Source: Callorhinchus milii
Lineage: Eukaryota
Length of the DNA: 64,000 nt
Reading direction: 5' to 3'
NCBI RefSeq assembly: GCF_018977255.1
Contig: NW_024704743.1
Span: 77,438,001-77,502,000 of the forward strand
Positions 61,748 to 64,000 of the stretch are shown here, piece by piece (position 1 is the first letter of the stretch; the number at the start of each line of letters is the position of its first letter). The notes under the pieces were generated by a model. The model had not been told where the DNA came from. It did not search any database and saw only the letters and a program-made list of their open reading frames with translations. Both the position numbers and the translations under genes were made by a program.

Positions 61748-64000
61748 AAGTAAGGGAGAAAGAGTTGGAGGTGTCATACATCAGATATTAAAAGTGAAGT
61801 CCAGTTTGCCTTTTCTGATGAAGAAGTGTAGCAAGTTATTTAGGTCCCCTGGCCAACATTCCTGCCTCATCCAAAAGTAGGTTATTTGTTGATTTATCTC
61901 AACCTTGCTTGTGGGACGTTTCTGCCATAAATTACTGCCACATTTGACTACAGATCCACATTCATGACACTTCAAAGTAACTCAGATTCTGCATTTTGAG
62001 ATGCTTCAAAGTGATAAGATACTATATCAAATCCAAATTTACTTATTATTGCCGTTAGATCTTGATTTTTAGCCTGCAGACAATAACAATTCTATTGTTG
62101 AGCCCATGTGAGCACATGGGAGCTGCTTATAATATTTTGTCAGTTGATTACAGTATTGATATCAATCTTACCATTATCCAATGCTATTACAATGAAGTCA
62201 TAGTATAGGAGAGGTTCTGATGGGTGTAAACCATTGTTTAACCCTTGACTTATGAACAGTGCAATTCAGTCTTGAAAGCTTTCACTGTTTGGCATTAAAT
62301 CCAGAAAATCACAAACCATAAATGAAAATAAACTGATGCACATGCCCATGATCTGACATTGATAGTACATGAGATGGGGTGTATTTGTCTACATTTGGGA
62401 CTCTCGCTCGATTTCAATGCTCAGAGTTGTCTGAAAAGAAATCTTGAACACACACCTTTATCTAATACATCAAGTTATTTTTATGCACAAAACCTTTTAC
62501 TATTTTTAGAGCTTATCTTTCCAAATGAATTATGCAGAAACATTAAAATATGTCTATTTCTGCAAACATAGTAAACTACTTTGTTTAGTCTTCCTGAATT
62601 GCTTAGCCTACATTGTACAAAAATACAAACACACAGATTGCTGTTTAGTACAGGCAAATATTTCGGATAATGTACCTTTACTCTTGGAATCTTGAATTTA
62701 TATTTCCCTTCCTTCTCTCCTCTCACCCATTATGAGTCCTTGATACAGACTTTCCATGTCGAGATCAGTGCTATTTTGCATTAGTTTTCCATGATTACAC
62801 TTGTATAGAACATGCCTGATTTTTCTGCTGGCTTCAATGAGACATGCTTTACTGCACCCTGTACTCCATCTGCCTTCCTGGCCACACACTGGTGAAACTT
62901 GCCCAGTGAAAGCAGTTTGAGCATCAGAGCCATTTGGGATTTAAACTCTCAGCTCTAGTAGAATGATCTCTCCCTAGATTTAAACTTTGATTTTCTTCCT
63001 TGCTGCCACTACTATCATCAGGCCTCAAATTTGGTGCCAATGCTTTCATTCTGCATGAATACACAGAATAGTCAACCTTCCCTCTGTGCACTTGAACTGT
63101 ATCTTGAATTGTATTCAAACCAGTATGTGACTTTATGTTGAAATTGTAATGTTGCTTTGAGGCCTATTTTGCCATTTGCTCGGGAGGATTGGACATAAGG
63201 AATGTCCTTAGTACCTGTCCGATTTACCCCATATCCTTATCAAAAAAATGTTTATTTTGCCAAAAATAATGATTTCAGTTTTAAATTTCTCCCCTAGTTG
63301 AGAACAAAGCTCTTCATTTGGTATGAACATTTTGATTTGCACTGAAATCGGACCAGCTGTTCTAGGATCTTATTTGGGCTGCCTTTCAGTCTACATTGCC
63401 AGGGAGAAGCAAAGGGGAAAAGAGTCAGATGGTTAATTTGTCTGAGAAGTTAACATGCTCCAGTATGGACTAACATGCCCCCCCCCCCCCCCCACACCCC
63501 CACTCGACCCTCTGTTTAGCTGTGGAAGAAGGGGAGGAGAGGGGGATAAACATTCAAATGTTAGAAAAACACTGAATTTACATTTGTAAAATGGGAAGTA
63601 TAGAGTAGTATATTAATTCTGGCAACCATTTAAGTAATAAGTCATATTCTGGATTTACACAGTTCAATCAGTGCCATAATTTCACAGCATACAGGATTTT
63701 CACATGATGACAAAATCCAGAGGTACCTTGAATGAAATGCAGGGTTGCATGACTAGTTATTGTATGGTCTTGCCTTTTACCCGAGTTTACCCATTACAGG
63801 AATGGCATTCCATGATCAGCAGAGTGCTTAATAGTTAAGCCAATCATAGTCAAAAGGAAATCCAAATTATAAACACTTTAAATGGCATTTCCTTTAATCT
63901 TGGTGAATTACGCTTCGCCTTCATTTAGTTCGCAAAGCGCTAAACAATATGAGCTCTCACATTTAAATTAAAGGCTGAAACCTTACCTGTTTCTAAATGC

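Noticed and set aside
62690-63125. Minus-strand peptides NTIQDTVQVHRGK...LNPKWL, possibly a LINE ORF2 linker
   Set aside because: Similarity is too weak to assign a family by eye.
63478-63546. Poly-C run and G-rich stretch (possible G-quadruplex)
   Set aside because: Low-complexity homopolymer with no supporting context.
1-64000. CRISPR arrays, operons, rRNA genes or prokaryotic defence systems
   Set aside because: The sequence is eukaryotic and intron-rich. The repeats are dispersed retroelements, not regularly spaced arrays.

Overview
This is vertebrate genomic DNA, not prokaryotic. The tRNA-headed, L2-tailed SINEs plus the L2, CR1 and Tx1 LINE content point to a cartilaginous fish, most likely a chimaera such as Callorhinchus (inferred). 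The window lies inside one large + strand gene. Seven GT-AG internal exons (2415-2491, 5197-5314, 7368-7607, 24518-24781, 27376-27607, 40659-40747, 42246-42379) splice in phase into about 384 stop-free codons that I recognise as OFCC1/ojoplano; start and stop codons were not found here. The introns hold about 12 copies of a young SINE in two structural forms, older Deu-type and other SINEs, many L2 and CR1 fragments, one Tx1 LINE fragment and a 172-N gap. Almost all ORFs in the supplied track are spurious or TE-derived. The most notable observations are: a C2-like motif pattern in the OFCC1 exons; an unclassified old repeat with at least 7 copies; a Myb/SANT (Harbinger-type) fossil and an integrase fossil that the ORF track misses; a tail-to-tail SINE hairpin; inverted SINE pairs bracketing exons; and TE-free blocks with PBX-HOX/MEIS motifs that may be enhancers of the OFCC1-TFAP2A region. 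I found no convincing intact novel gene system. TE boundaries are approximate and were read by eye.
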